Shown here one piece after another: positions 1 through 11,980 of a stretch of DNA of 64,000 bases. Where the stretch lies: positions 180,730,001 to 180,794,000 of the forward strand of contig OX597816.1 in the NCBI GenBank assembly GCA_951406725.2. Direction: 5' to 3'. A model generated the notes under the pieces. That model searched no databases. It was not told where the DNA came from and saw only the letters and a list, made by a program, of their open reading frames with translations. The stretch's first letter is position 1. Each line of letters opens with the position of its first letter. This DNA comes from Octopus vulgaris (taxonomy: Eukaryota). The position numbers were made by a program, and so were the translations under genes.

Positions 1-119
1 CAACTGAACCTGATACAGCCCCTGGACTTACCAGCTCCTCCTGTCAAACTGTCCGACTCATGCCAGCATGAAAAACAGATATATGATGATGATGATGTCA
101 GACAGACAGACAGAGGGAT

Positions 120-330
120 ATGTGTTTGTGTGTCTGTGTTTTGTCCCCTACCTGACAGCCAGTGCTGGTTTGTTTACATACCTGTAAATTAGCAGTTCAA
201 CAAAAGGGACCAATAGAATATGTACCAGACTTACTGGGATCAATTTTTAATAAGACTAAAAACCTTCAAGGTGCAACTTCGGTATGGCTGTAATCTAATG
301 ACAGAAGCAAATATAAGATAAAAGATAAAT
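120..330 (+). mobile_element. SINE family A, 3' half, diverged
   Basis: Similar to the 3' half of 50888-51300. Confidence 0.7.
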
Positions 331-2589
331 GTTGTTTGAACTCCAACGTTCTCATGGGTTTCGTTTAAGATAAAAGTACAAATATCACTCAGCTTTCAGT
401 TTCATTACTCAAATCCCAAGATGTACAGAATTGCTCAACACACTTCATACCAACATAAGAATGCATTTGATAGTCTGTTCCAGGAAACAACCAGAATGCT
501 CAATGCATGATTAATTGCCTCTTGTGCTACAGAGGTCTGCAAAAGCAAAACTGACTCAAAATGCAATTCTATAACAAACCACATCGAACTAAGAGATTTC
601 CTAAGTAATTGAACCAAGCAGCTCAATCTCCTTTAACATACCCACTAGTCTTCATATTATAAGAATTGCTGAGCTGTAGGTCAGTAGTATAATCAATATG
701 AACCAGAGTGCTGTTGTTTAGTCTTACCTATAACCATTCCAATATTTCCCCAGTACAGTATAACTAGGACAACACTACCAAGTATAAACTTCCTTTTTTA
801 AAACTGGTAGCATATGACTAGAGGAAGCTTTGGCTGCTATTTATAGCAATTTAAGGCAACTATGTAGAGGCTCCCACACTGGCTCACATGAACCTGGTTA
901 GTTTTGTTGATATTTCTCATTTGCAATGTCTTCATACTTTGTAATTAATAGAAACCACTGTGAGAAGGAAGGGTGAAAGTGGTTTTTTGATTTTTTCATG
1001 TCTTGTAGCATTAAGTGCAGTAAACAAAAGGCATAAAGTGGAATTAACAAAAACATATTTCCTACATGTATGTATCCGGGACTTGGTCTTTGTTGATGCA
1101 ATAATGCTAACCATAATGAAAGCAGAATGTTTAGATAAAAATGCCTATTACATGGCCAATTGAATACCATAACTAACATTGAGTAGATGGGAGGGAGAAG
1201 GGTTACTCAACAATAACAAATCACATAGCCATGACTACCAACGTCAAACAGCAGAAACAAATCAGAAAAATTAATTACATTTCTTAATAATTAACTAATT
1301 ATCCAGCAGGAAGATGCTTCTCACCACACACACAGTGAGAAGCCATTTGCTACAGAACACTAATTAACAGCCACAAAAACTATATCCCAGTATACTCTCA
1401 CTGATTTTGCTATCCCAGCTATTGAGAGCTCTGCTCTTCTATAATTGTTAACTACCGTTTAAATCCTTCACCATCATTTAAATCCATCCCTGCAACATGG
1501 TCAACAAACTTAATAAAAATAGCAGCCAAATTTTCTTCAAAACATGCCTGCCATCTTAAGGACATTAGATAATATCACCCTGGGTTGCTCTAAGTCTTAG
1601 CTGGAAGGTTTTCCTATCACAAGACTGATCAAGATTCATAAAGAGCTAAACAGCCACTAAGCTCTCACTTAACTTATGTTTTCCTTCATAACGGTATACC
1701 TGAGAAAATTTCCCCTATCATTATCTTAAATTACTTAATTAGTGAGTGGTTCTCTGTTCAAATTTTAGATATCTTCTCGCAAACTCATGTGGTCTAGTGA
1801 GTATGTAACTGGACTCTTGATTATAAGATTAGGGGTTAGATTGCCATCCTGAAATGCAGAAAATATGATTGTCAGTGTTATGTTGGCACAGCAGAGTTAA
1901 CAAGTCAGCAGTAAGACCAAAACCTCCAGGCATGGAAAAGGTTATGTTTAGCAGTGGACTGATATACCCTCATTTTACACTTTTTTCCCTTTGCTCCACA
2001 TGACAAGAATTATTAAAGCCTATGATTTTTCTTTGTATTATGTTTTAATTAATTAACCCTTCTGATACCAACTACCTGAGATTGCTCCTGGTTCTACAAT
2101 ACAAGCTTCCTGTTTTAAGGGGATCTGAATTAAAACTATATCAAAATCTTATCTCATATTCCAAATACAGCATAATTATGACAAAGTTATTTTTCCTAAT
2201 CCTTCACTATTTTTGAAAGTAATTCAAACAAATTTAGTGTATTTCAACTGAAGTATGGTAACATTAAGTTCACAAGTACCACCACCATCACAGTTACACT
2301 TTCCAAATACTCCTTCTCTAGAACACTTGCTGTGCAGATTTTCTTTCCACCACCAGCACCACAACATCTACCATCAACACTTCAACCTTAACATTTGCAC
2401 TCAAACTTCTCAGTAATAGAGCTACCACCTTTTCAACAGGTATGCATGGAGAGAGATTTGACAAGGTGGGCTGAGGGGAACATACACAACTCACATCGAC
2501 TTGAAGTAGTGGACATGTAGTGTTGGATTGCACAACGAAAGACACAGCAATAGGCTGCAAATTCCTGCTTTATGTTATCTCAACCATTC

Positions 2590-2770
2590 TAGGTGGCACA
2601 TAAAAAGCACCCAGCATACACTCTGTTAAGTGGTTGGCATTAGGAAGGGCATCCAGCCATAGAAACCATGCCACAACAGACAGATGGAGTCTGGACAGCT
2701 TCTTGCTAGTCAGCTCCATGTCAAACCGTCCAACCCATGCCAGCGGACATTAAACGATGATGCTGATGTT
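2590..2770 (+). mobile_element. RTE 3'-end repeat (family B)
   Basis: Same motif as 39154-39414; further copies at 1-97, 31130-31560(-), 36630-36900, 37170-37410, 51538-51744, 52490-52680(-) and 60060-60190. Confidence 0.8.
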
Positions 2771-3252
2771 GAAGATTCTAGGAATAAAACAATGTGGTCC
2801 AGAACTTAGCTGTAAATCACCTTAGAGTATTACAAGTCAAACTTCCCAAGTCTGGTAACTTTGCTACAATACCTGGTGTCTGTTTATTCCCTAGAATTAG
2901 GTCAACTATTCAGAACAGCAACAGAATATTCATGTCAGTGATAAATTGCTGCTATTTCCCAAAAGGAAAACAATCGACTGATTAGCAAAGGTTTTTCTTT
3001 CATCAACACCCTACAACCACACATCACACATTTCTCTCTAAGCCTCTTCTACTTCTACTATGGCTTCTGCTCTATTAAACTACCCAGACCCTACAACAGT
3101 TCTGTCTATTCTTTCAGCATGTTTCACCTTCCAAATTCACTCAGCATAACTCTCTGAAATTCCCACTCCACTCATAGTTTTCCCTCGGATGTTCAAACTG
3201 TACATCAGTTGCATGAATCTCATCAGTTTGAGGTACTCAACTCTCACTTTCT

Positions 3253-3564
3253 TTTGTAAGCCCAGTACTTATTCTATCGGTCTCCTTTTGCCGAACCGCT
3301 AAGTAACGGGGACGTAAACACACCAGCATCGGTTGTCAAGCAATGCTAGGGGGACAAACACAGACACACAAACACACACACATACATATATACATATATA
3401 CGACAGGCTTCTTTCAGTTTCCGTCTACCAAATCCACTCACAAGGCATTGGTCGGCCCGGGGCTATAGCAGAAGACACTTGCCCAAGATGCCACGCAGTG
3501 GGACTGAACCCGGAACCATGTGGTTGGTAAGCAAGCTACTTACCACACAGCCACTCCTGCGCCT
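3253..3564 (-). mobile_element. SINE family A
   Basis: Near-identical reverse complement of 50888-51210. Confidence 0.9.
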
Positions 3565-3862
3565 CTGTTCATTTACTTTTAGTGCTTTCAGCCATTCGAC
3601 TCTAATCAGATATAAATATGCATCTCCCTAATCTCTGGAGAGAGGCTTTTAAAAATAACGTTCTGCTGTATCTCAAACAACATGGTTATAGTAAGCCTGT
3701 TGTCTTACAATATTATGCTCTTAAAAGTGAATGGCCAAATGCTTTCACAAGAACAAGGTCCTTGGGCAAGTGTCTTTCACCATTATCTCAAGGCAACTCA
3801 ATTAATATAAGAGAAGCTCATTGGACAGACTGTTGTCATACTGATTCTGCCTGGAAATTATA

Positions 3863-4081
3863 TTAACCCTTCAACATCTAAACTGGTCATATCCAGCCAG
3901 AATATTCAACCTGTTCTACCAAACAGGTCTGGTCTCTCACATCTATCCAAAATGGCATTCTAAAAGTAAACAATCACATCACTGAAACTTCAAAGCTATG
4001 AGATAATGCATGATTAATTCAAAACAATGTGAATAGATAAGCATTACATTTGACAAAGTAATTTGAAGGCTTAAGAGTTAA
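3863..4081. mobile_element. piggyBac-like MITE
   Basis: TTAA-CCCTT...AAGAG-TTAA ends; homologous copies at 30174-30374 and 35708-35925. Confidence 0.6.
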
Positions 4082-4687
4082 GATTGCAATGTGTGTGGAA
4101 TACTCAATCACTTACATTCAATGAACAACTGATTCAGTTGATTGGATAACTGAATCTACATCTTTGAAACTGATGAAGATCCATTTTCTTAGCTCTAGTT
4201 TTATAACCATGAGTACAAAAAAAACATAAAATACTCTGAATATGATGCCAGGCAGTTTAAAACAGCTATTTTTATTAGGTGCCTAGAACAGAGTTCATTT
4301 TGTAGTGAGTATTTGGGCCAGGTCTCCGGTTTGAGGAGGCCTTGAAAAACATAAAGGACCATGAGTATTGCACTGTTCACTAAAAACAAAACAGTCTCAA
4401 GTAACTACTGCTACCAACAGATAGGTGAAGTGAATAGGATAGAGAATAATATTCCTGCCCAGCTGGTTATCTTATGCTATGTCCATCCAATTAGACTGCT
4501 GCCTGACTATGTAAGTCAGCTGGAAGGATTCTTCTGCCCCTGGCTAAAGTAGGTGACATAAGAAGCTTTATTAGCAGATGTAGAAGTAGAAAGGGACAGC
4601 AGCTGCTATTGGGGTGGTGGTGGTGGGCATGGCCAGATGGTGTTGGGGGGATTAGGTAAAGGAAAATGATTTTGGCAGGTAGAAGTG

Positions 4688-4945
4688 ACTACTACTACTA
4701 CTTACTACTAGTAGTAGTAGTAGTAGTAGTAGTTAGTAGTAGTAGTAGTAGTTGTTGTTGTTGTTAATGTTGGGGTAGTGGTGACTGTTGGCAGTGATAG
4801 TGACTTGTTTAACAGTAGAAGTGATTTGTGGTAGCAATTGTGATATTTGAGGCGAGTGTGGTACTGGTAAATGTTAGTGATAAGAGTAGTTAATGTAGTA
4901 ATAATAGAAATAGCGGTTGTAGTAATAGTAGTAGTAGTAGCTGCG
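4688..4945. repeat. (TAG)/(TTG) trinucleotide low-complexity tract
   Basis: Directly visible. Confidence 0.85.
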
Positions 4946-6020
4946 GTGTTAGTAATGATGGTGATGATAAATATGATGATAGTGGTGAAGCGAGTGGGGT
5001 CGTAGGAGAACTATATCTGTGATGGTAGCAGTATTAGACGGGGTGAAACAAGTTATGTACTGGGGTGGGGGTAGTGATGGCGATGTTGCTTCGTAGTCCC
5101 AAGTCAACCCTGACGGAGGGGATCTATGAACTAAGGCGTTCAAACCGTGACCATATCTCTGTATATCTGGAATATACAGGCGAATTTATCCTGATTTATG
5201 ATTAAAGGGTACGCTTTGAGAGATTTTCACTACTATAACTAGCAGGTCGATCGACCAAACAGTTGGTGTTTTTGCTGTTGTTGCCCAGATAAGCCTTGGG
5301 CAACAACAGGAGTGACCATTTTCGTCTTTATAGGGAGTTGTATGAAGGCCCTCGTTGTCCAAATGTGTCCTTTCCTCATTTAAAACAGTCATCTGAAGGA
5401 AACTCAGCTTGTTTTTCATAGATTTAATGACCACGCAGATGATCTTCGTTGTTGATGTTACTTCTTTAGTATTTACTGTTGGAAATGATAACGAGAAGGA
5501 CCGGCATAAACAGCTTTGGCATGAGGTAACGAGAAGATCTCTTTGTTAGTTTAATTCGTGCAACGACCGAGTTTATCTTCTATCCCTAGAAAAAATATAA
5601 GATAAGATTTGCTGAGTCGATCAGCTGTAGTGAATCTCCAGCACTGGACAAAATGTGACGCGATATTGGGTCGTGATGATAGGCAACAACAGTACAAAAA
5701 AGCTTCCAGTCAACTGTTTGTCAAAATCCTAAGGCCTCGCTTAACACACATTTTATACAAACCCACCAAATGTAACACAAGTTTTCTGTATCACTTTACA
5801 AAGCCCCTTTAGATTTCAGCTATGAACCTTAAAGTTTTACTTTAGCTGTCTCCTTTTTAATGTTGCATTAAAAACACCGGACAGAGGTGTGCGTTTGTAT
5901 ACATACATGCCCGGCGTGAGAGGTTAGCGCGCATTTCATGGAAGTGAGAAAAACGGAATTAACCGCTCATTAATCACCAACCTACAACTACATATACATA
6001 TTAAACAAGACAGAACTTAC

Positions 6021-6147
6021 CAATAGTGGTTAAAAAATCGTATTTTTCCAATTTGTTTCCGTTTTTCTCATCGTCTTTGTCAGGTAAAGGTGCATCTTTC
6101 ATGGTAGATCCATGTTTTCGAAGGCGAGCCACTCTGGCAGATGCCAT
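6021..6147 (-). CDS. PRKX: First coding exon of a cAMP-dependent protein kinase catalytic subunit, PRKX/PKA-C3-like
   Basis: Strong Kozak gccATGG at 6147. Translates MASARVARLRKHGSTMKDAPLPDKDDEKNGNKLEKYDFLTTI+G and ends at a phase-1 G|GTAAGT donor (6020). 'LEKYDFLTTIG' fits the lead-in to the kinase Gly-loop (recalled PRKX: LQDFDTLATVG|TGTFG). Exon 2 was not found in 1-6020. Confidence 0.72.
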
Positions 6148-6199
6148 GGCTTTCAAGAGTTATTTCCTTAATTGTACACACTTATATTTTTTTACCCCC

Positions 6200-6800
6200 T
6201 TCGAAAGGGAAGACACAAACAAAATGTTACAGTAATAAAATGTATGTGTGGGCGCGCGAGTGCGTGTATATGAAAATTGAGTGTAGCGGAAAACTTATTT
6301 ATGATCGGGCAGACTATAATTGGTTAATTTTTTCGTTTTAATTAAGCCGGTACTGTGAACATTCCGATGTAAATGAAGTAATGGGCCATCTACTAAAAAG
6401 GAACTTCCAGCAACAGTCTCCTTTCAAAACGATATACTTGTTCACAAACTAACACAAATAACATACATACACATGCAAACACATCCAACATATATTTGTG
6501 AATATAATCAGTCAGCAATACCTGAACTTTCTGTTGCACAAAGCGCAAGGTGTAGGGACAAGTCTAATTCTAAACATTTTGATAAATCCGTTATTGATGT
6601 TAAGTCACCATGTGTGTGTGTGTGGTAGGTGAGATAATAGTGATGTCGGTGACGTGAGTGAAGAATGAACCCCAGTCGCTGAACGGCGGGGAGGGAGTGT
6701 GTGCGTCGTGCGAAACTTTCAATAAAGAGAAAAGACCCTGGGAACTTTTCCAATGCTTGATATTTTTTTCTTTCCTTTTAAGTTGATGTTGTTAGGAGTG
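6200..6800 (-). promoter_or_regulatory. CpG-enriched putative promoter/5' UTR region of the kinase gene, with a possible alternative non-coding exon ending at 6522
   Basis: Local CpG enrichment (ggcgcgcgag, gaacggcggg), CRE-like TGACGTGA near 6650, candidate minus-strand donor TTCAG|GTATTG at 6522/6521. Confidence 0.35.
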
Positions 6801-8289
6801 ACGAAAGAGTTGACTGTACTTTAGTTTTGCATTTGTGGAGCAGTTTGTTCAGGGGTAAAATTCAATGTTAGTGTGTTTACTGTTGCTTTAAAACACGTAG
6901 AGAGGAAAGGAGGTGAGACAGGCAAGACTATCCACAAAACATTGTACAGAATTCACAATCTGTACGTCTGGTGCTGAGGTGGGTATGAAGTAGGCAGTAA
7001 GAATGTGTCGGTGTTTAAATATATGTAAATAGATGGTAATGTGCTTGTGTGTGTAGCGGGAGGCGATGTGTATGTATAAGAGTGTAAATATATATACAGC
7101 GGAAAGATGTGTGTTTTTGTTTACTGTGTAAATCTATGTATGTGTGTATAGAGAAAAGAAATGTGTGCGTCTAACAGGTCATTGCGCTTGTTGATCTAAA
7201 CCCATCCAATAAACAAACTGTAAAAGGGGGAGAATAAAAATCAAGAAGGAAAGAAAAAGACAGGGGATGAGTAAGAGCAAATGAAGGAAAAGCTGGCTGG
7301 GGAGAAAAAGACTAGAGAGAGAGAGAGCGACAAAAGGAGAGAGGAATACAAATAGTGAGAAATAAAGAGATAGTGAGAGTAGTGACTATATAAAGTTGTG
7401 TAAGTAGAAAGACGAGAGTTTAGCAAGCTGGCAGTTGCGTGCGAAAGGAAGGTAAGAGAAGTCGTCCTGATTGCCAGAGATCAGGGCAGAGTGAGAGGGT
7501 GAGTGCCTGAAATAAAGGAGAGAGAGAGAAGGAGAAAAGAAAACAATTTACAATAAGAAAGAGAGCAAATTGTTTTCTCCCGCCATCGCCACAAAAAATG
7601 TTCAGAACAGAAAAATAAAGAGATGCAAACAAAACAAAAGAAAAAGAGGAAAGAGTATATGGTGCAAGAGAGGAGGGGAGAATAAAAAAGAAGATAAAGA
7701 ACGAGTGACAGTTCACTTGGAGAAATATAGTGAGTGAAGAGAAATGAAATAGAGAGGAGAGAGAGAGAGACCGTTCGCTGTTGACACGACTACTATCAAT
7801 GCTTTACTACGGAGGTGAGACCAGTACGCAGTGTAAGTGCTAGAAATTGCAACTTAATTTCCCTCATATCAACACCATTGCTTTAAAAACGGACATATTC
7901 GATAAAGCAGTTCTAGACACGTTATGTCCGAAAAAGATATTGTTGTCACAGCCGGCAAGCCGAAGATCCTGTGTCTGTTCGATCAACAACTTTTAGTTAC
8001 ATGGAAAAAAAAAAAAGAACAGAAAAAACACGCAGTCGTTGCCATTATGAAGAGACAATCGACCAGCAGCAAGTGTGGCCGAAGGAAGCGACAGCTACAC
8101 CAACATCATGTTAGTATATCAAATATCTATACTACAATCGTGACTAATATAGGAAGAGATAAGGCTAACATCGTCCCCATCATTGCAGTCACCATTACAG
8201 TAAGAACGTCTCAGCACTTTGTAAATAGGAATGGGGTGGCGAATAAAGAGAAGCCTCACCATTATCTCCGCCGCCTTCATTACCAACAT

Positions 8290-8765
8290 TATTCTTTTCT
8301 ACTCTAGGCACAAGGCCCCGAAATTTTGGGGGAGGGGGCCAGTCGATTAGATCGACCTCAGTACGCAACTGGTACTTAATTTATCGACCCCGAAAGGATG
8401 AAAGGCAAAGTCGACCTCGGCGGAATTTGAACTCAGAACGTAACGGCAGACGAAATACCGCTATGCACTTCGGTCGGCGTGCTAACGTTTCTGCCAACTC
8501 GCCGCCTTTCATCACCAACATTATTGCAAAGGAAAAACTCCTCCTCCGTATATTACACAATGGTTTCAAATGTTAAATTGTTGGCATAAGGCCAAGAATT
8601 TGGGGGACGGGTGTCAGTCGATCTCATCGACCTCAGTATTCAACTGGTACTTATTTTATCGACCCGGATGAAAGGCAAAGTCGAACTACTCAGAACATAG
8701 CGACAGACGAAATGCCGCTAAGCATTTTGTTCGGCGCGCTAGCGATTCTGCCAGCCCGCCGCCAC
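8290..8765 (-). mobile_element. Two tandem copies of tRNA-derived SINE family C (8290-8507, 8580-8765)
   Basis: Shared core gacccc-gaaaggatgaaaggcaaagtcgacc-cggcggaatttgaactcagaac; B-box gagttcaaattcc on the minus strand. Confidence 0.85.
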
Positions 8766-10385
8766 CTTATCGAACGTTACACAATATCACTAATACAACT
8801 TGTGTGTCTCTATAGACCGGAGCTGATCCTGGTTTCCGAAGCTAAGCGACTTGGAGTATGGGACTCCCTACATCCTCGAACGGGACAGTACAAGCTACTA
8901 CTGGTATTCATTTTCGGCTGAGTAAACTGGAGCAACTCGAATAAAGTGCTTACGGACTTTACGACCCTCAACCCAACTCCCTAACCATTTGTCCACGTTT
9001 CTTTTCATAACACTAATCCCACCACAAAAAAAAAAAATTAATTACCTCACCACCCTTTTTAAATTTACAACAATGCCCACCACCACTCAGTTATCATGAT
9101 GCCGAGAAACACGACTCACCATCATATGACCACCACTAACGAAACATCATGACAACAGCACCACGGTAATTTCCTATTTGACAGTCGTAAAATCGAAACT
9201 GATTTAGTTACAATTTCAGTTTAGCTCGATTAGCATGTCTCGTGGACGCCCTGCTGATCCCCGTTTTATTGTGAATCCCAAAGAACTACAGATCAACCGA
9301 TAATCAATGAAAGACATAATTACGACACTGGCTCGATCTTTGTCAGATTCAGCGACTTGTATTGCCTGGTGTGTGCTCAGCGTGGATTGTTGAAGAATTC
9401 TCACTTGTGCCCAGAGCAAAACTTAATTCAAAGTCTAACATTTTACATCACTTTTTTACTCGCTGTTCGTATCATGTACCAGTTATGATTATGAAATATT
9501 TTATTGAAATATACCTTTTGGATCACTGATTTTACGAACGTCACATAGGAAATTACCTACCACCACTATTATTAACATCAGAGAAAAATAGGGAATAAAA
9601 GACATCTATATGCCATACCATCACCTACCTCAGTGCCCTACTTTTGTTTTATTATCTTTGAAATGAGTAACAAAATAATGAGCAGAACATCACCACGTAG
9701 AATTTTCATGGTGAAGACTGGTTGTGTTGATGTGTTAAAGGTGGAAGTACCTATTTAACGTAGTGTCATGTCTTATAAAATCACTGCTCGAAGCTGTTAA
9801 ATCATACATTGCTAACACATTTAGGAAAGCTAGTGACCAGGGCCGAATGAAAGTAGCAGCAACTCAAGCAGTCATTCGAAGTATCATGTATTATCTTAGC
9901 ACATGTTTTGCGCTTCGGATCTGCGAAATAAAAGAGAGAATTGAAAATAAACAAATATTGTGGTACTTTTTCCAACTGTGCTCTGCGTTCAGATCCTATC
10001 GAAGTCAACTTTGCCTTTTACGCTTTTGGGGTTGGTAAAAAATGTTTCGAACCAGAGCGGTGGATTAGCAGAACTGTCAGAAAGTTGGGTGAGACACCAC
10101 TTGCTCATTGTGTTGATAGAAACGACTCTGACACTCAACAGTATTTGCCCCAAGATGACGGCCTTTCACTTGGTATCATGGAGGGAAAACTTGCATGCAT
10201 GAGCAACAGTTAGTCTTGCTCAAAAAACCATGCCTATGTGTACGATTATAGAGGCATGATCAACTTTGACTGGGGGAGGTCCTACACACTCACTGGTTTT
10301 TGCCCTTGTGAAATTTAAAAAAACAACACTTGTACAGGTTCCAGAATTCAACTTGACTGTATAATGGAACTGAAGGTTTAGATAC

Positions 10386-11120
10386 CTGTGGAGTATCTCC
10401 TCTCATTATAATTGTTTTGTAGTTTCAAGGAGCTGGCACGGGTCGCCGATTTGTGACGTCCGTGCGAAGCGAGGTGATGAGAATGGCTCCTTAGTACATT
10501 ACACGGTTGATACAATAAATATAAATAGAATAATGCATATATGTACCAGAGGGAAATAAGAGACACAATCGGGTAGAATGTTTAAGAGAAGATTTATTGA
10601 TATGTGAATGTGTGTGTGTCATATATACAGAATAATAGACAGACCGCCATAAGAGTAATATGTATGTTGTGTATGTAGGCATAGATGTATGTGCGTTGGC
10701 GATGAAGAAGAGACAGTGAAAGAGTCTGTAGCCATCGAAGTGAGGAGTGAGTTCATAGACACAAGAATGATAAACACCAGTTGCGACGATGATGCAGAGC
10801 CGGCTGCGGTACATGTCGTACGTGAAGTTGTGGTTGTGATGCTGCTGCCTGTGTCACTTTGTACAGAAGTTCTCGCAGATTGTATATTCATTGTTGATCC
10901 ATGGTGAAGTAGTTCACGAACAGTGCAGTGTTGTAACCTGTAAGCTTGTTGGGTTGTGTACGTAGAGATGTTGACGTTAGGACGAATGGTTGCGGAGGAG
11001 CTGGAGGTCGCTGAAGACTGTTGGACGAAGTTGATGAGTCTCCACGCTGATGTGTTGTCGTTGGAACTGGCGGTGTCTTGTGTGGTCAGTGGCCAGACTT
11101 TAAAAGGTCTGGAACCGAAT
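10386..11120 (-). other. Putative upstream 5' UTR exon (or lncRNA exon) with uORFs
   Basis: Unique, CpG-retaining sequence directly downstream of the TATA/Inr, ending at a candidate donor CAG|GTATCT (10386/10385); same strand as the kinase exon. Confidence 0.4.
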
Positions 11121-11290
11121 GACATCGAGACGAGGAAAAGTTAGGTTTTTTATAAGGAGTTGTAGGCTTAGCTGAGGTAGAAAACAGGCTGTCACACGTG
11201 ACCTTATTTGAAGGCTGCGATTGGTTGGATTGCATATTAGCGCGCGATAGAGCAAGGGACAAATTGCGCCAATACCAACCAATCAGAGTA
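11117..11290 (-). promoter_or_regulatory. Pol II core promoter (TATA + Inr + E-box + CCAAT boxes)
   Basis: Minus strand: TATAAAAAA at 11154-11146, Inr-like TCATTC at 11122-11117, CACGTG E-box at 11195-11200, CCAAT/ATTGG boxes near 11220 and 11269-11284. Confidence 0.6.
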
Positions 11291-11980
11291 GTGGACACAG
11301 CAGGGTCCAAAATGCAGCCAAAGGCTAGCTGTTATCTACTCTGTTCGTATGTATGTATATATAATAGAGAGGAGAGGAATTTCACTCAAGTGCACGCTAC
11401 AACTGTGACACCAGGATCCCAAGGGCCAGACCAGAATACCCCTATTACCTCATCAATAAAATTCCACGCTTTTAAAACAATAAGAAAAAAACAATAACCA
11501 CTACCAACGACGGTCCAGATCTCGAGAAAGTTTCATCAGAATAGGAGCACAGGATATCTCATAAGTATCATTCCTCTGGATTGATCTGGCACATATAACC
11601 CAGAGGTACACGAACTAAAGGAATATAGAATAAAGTGTTCTAACTAGACACAATGGAATGCTAATAATAAAATTGAAATTTTGCCCTCGGAGTTAACTCC
11701 TACACTATCTCTTTACTCCCACGTGTAAGAATCAGTTATTAGAGTCTGTGGGGAGAAGTAAGCTAGTTACAATAATATAGCAGGTGTCAATGCAACTGAG
11801 TATATTTCTTTAATTTGCAAAGATCGGTGCATTTGGTGCTCAAATTTAACTTCTGAAAGTATGTACTGCATAAATGAACATACATAAATAGGGGGTGAGT
11901 GCAAAAGCAGGTATACAGTTATGAAAAAAAGAGAAAACAAGTACAATACTCCTTGGCTGTGTGGTAAGAAGCTTGCTTCC

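Noticed and set aside
898-1179. HEKIKKPLSPFLL superficially like the kinase HPFL motif (possible exon 2)
   Set aside because: No GTGTFG or ALK motif and no convincing splice sites.
10753-10902. Selenoprotein reading of MDQQ-UGA-IYNL
   Set aside because: No recognisable SECIS or selenoprotein homology.
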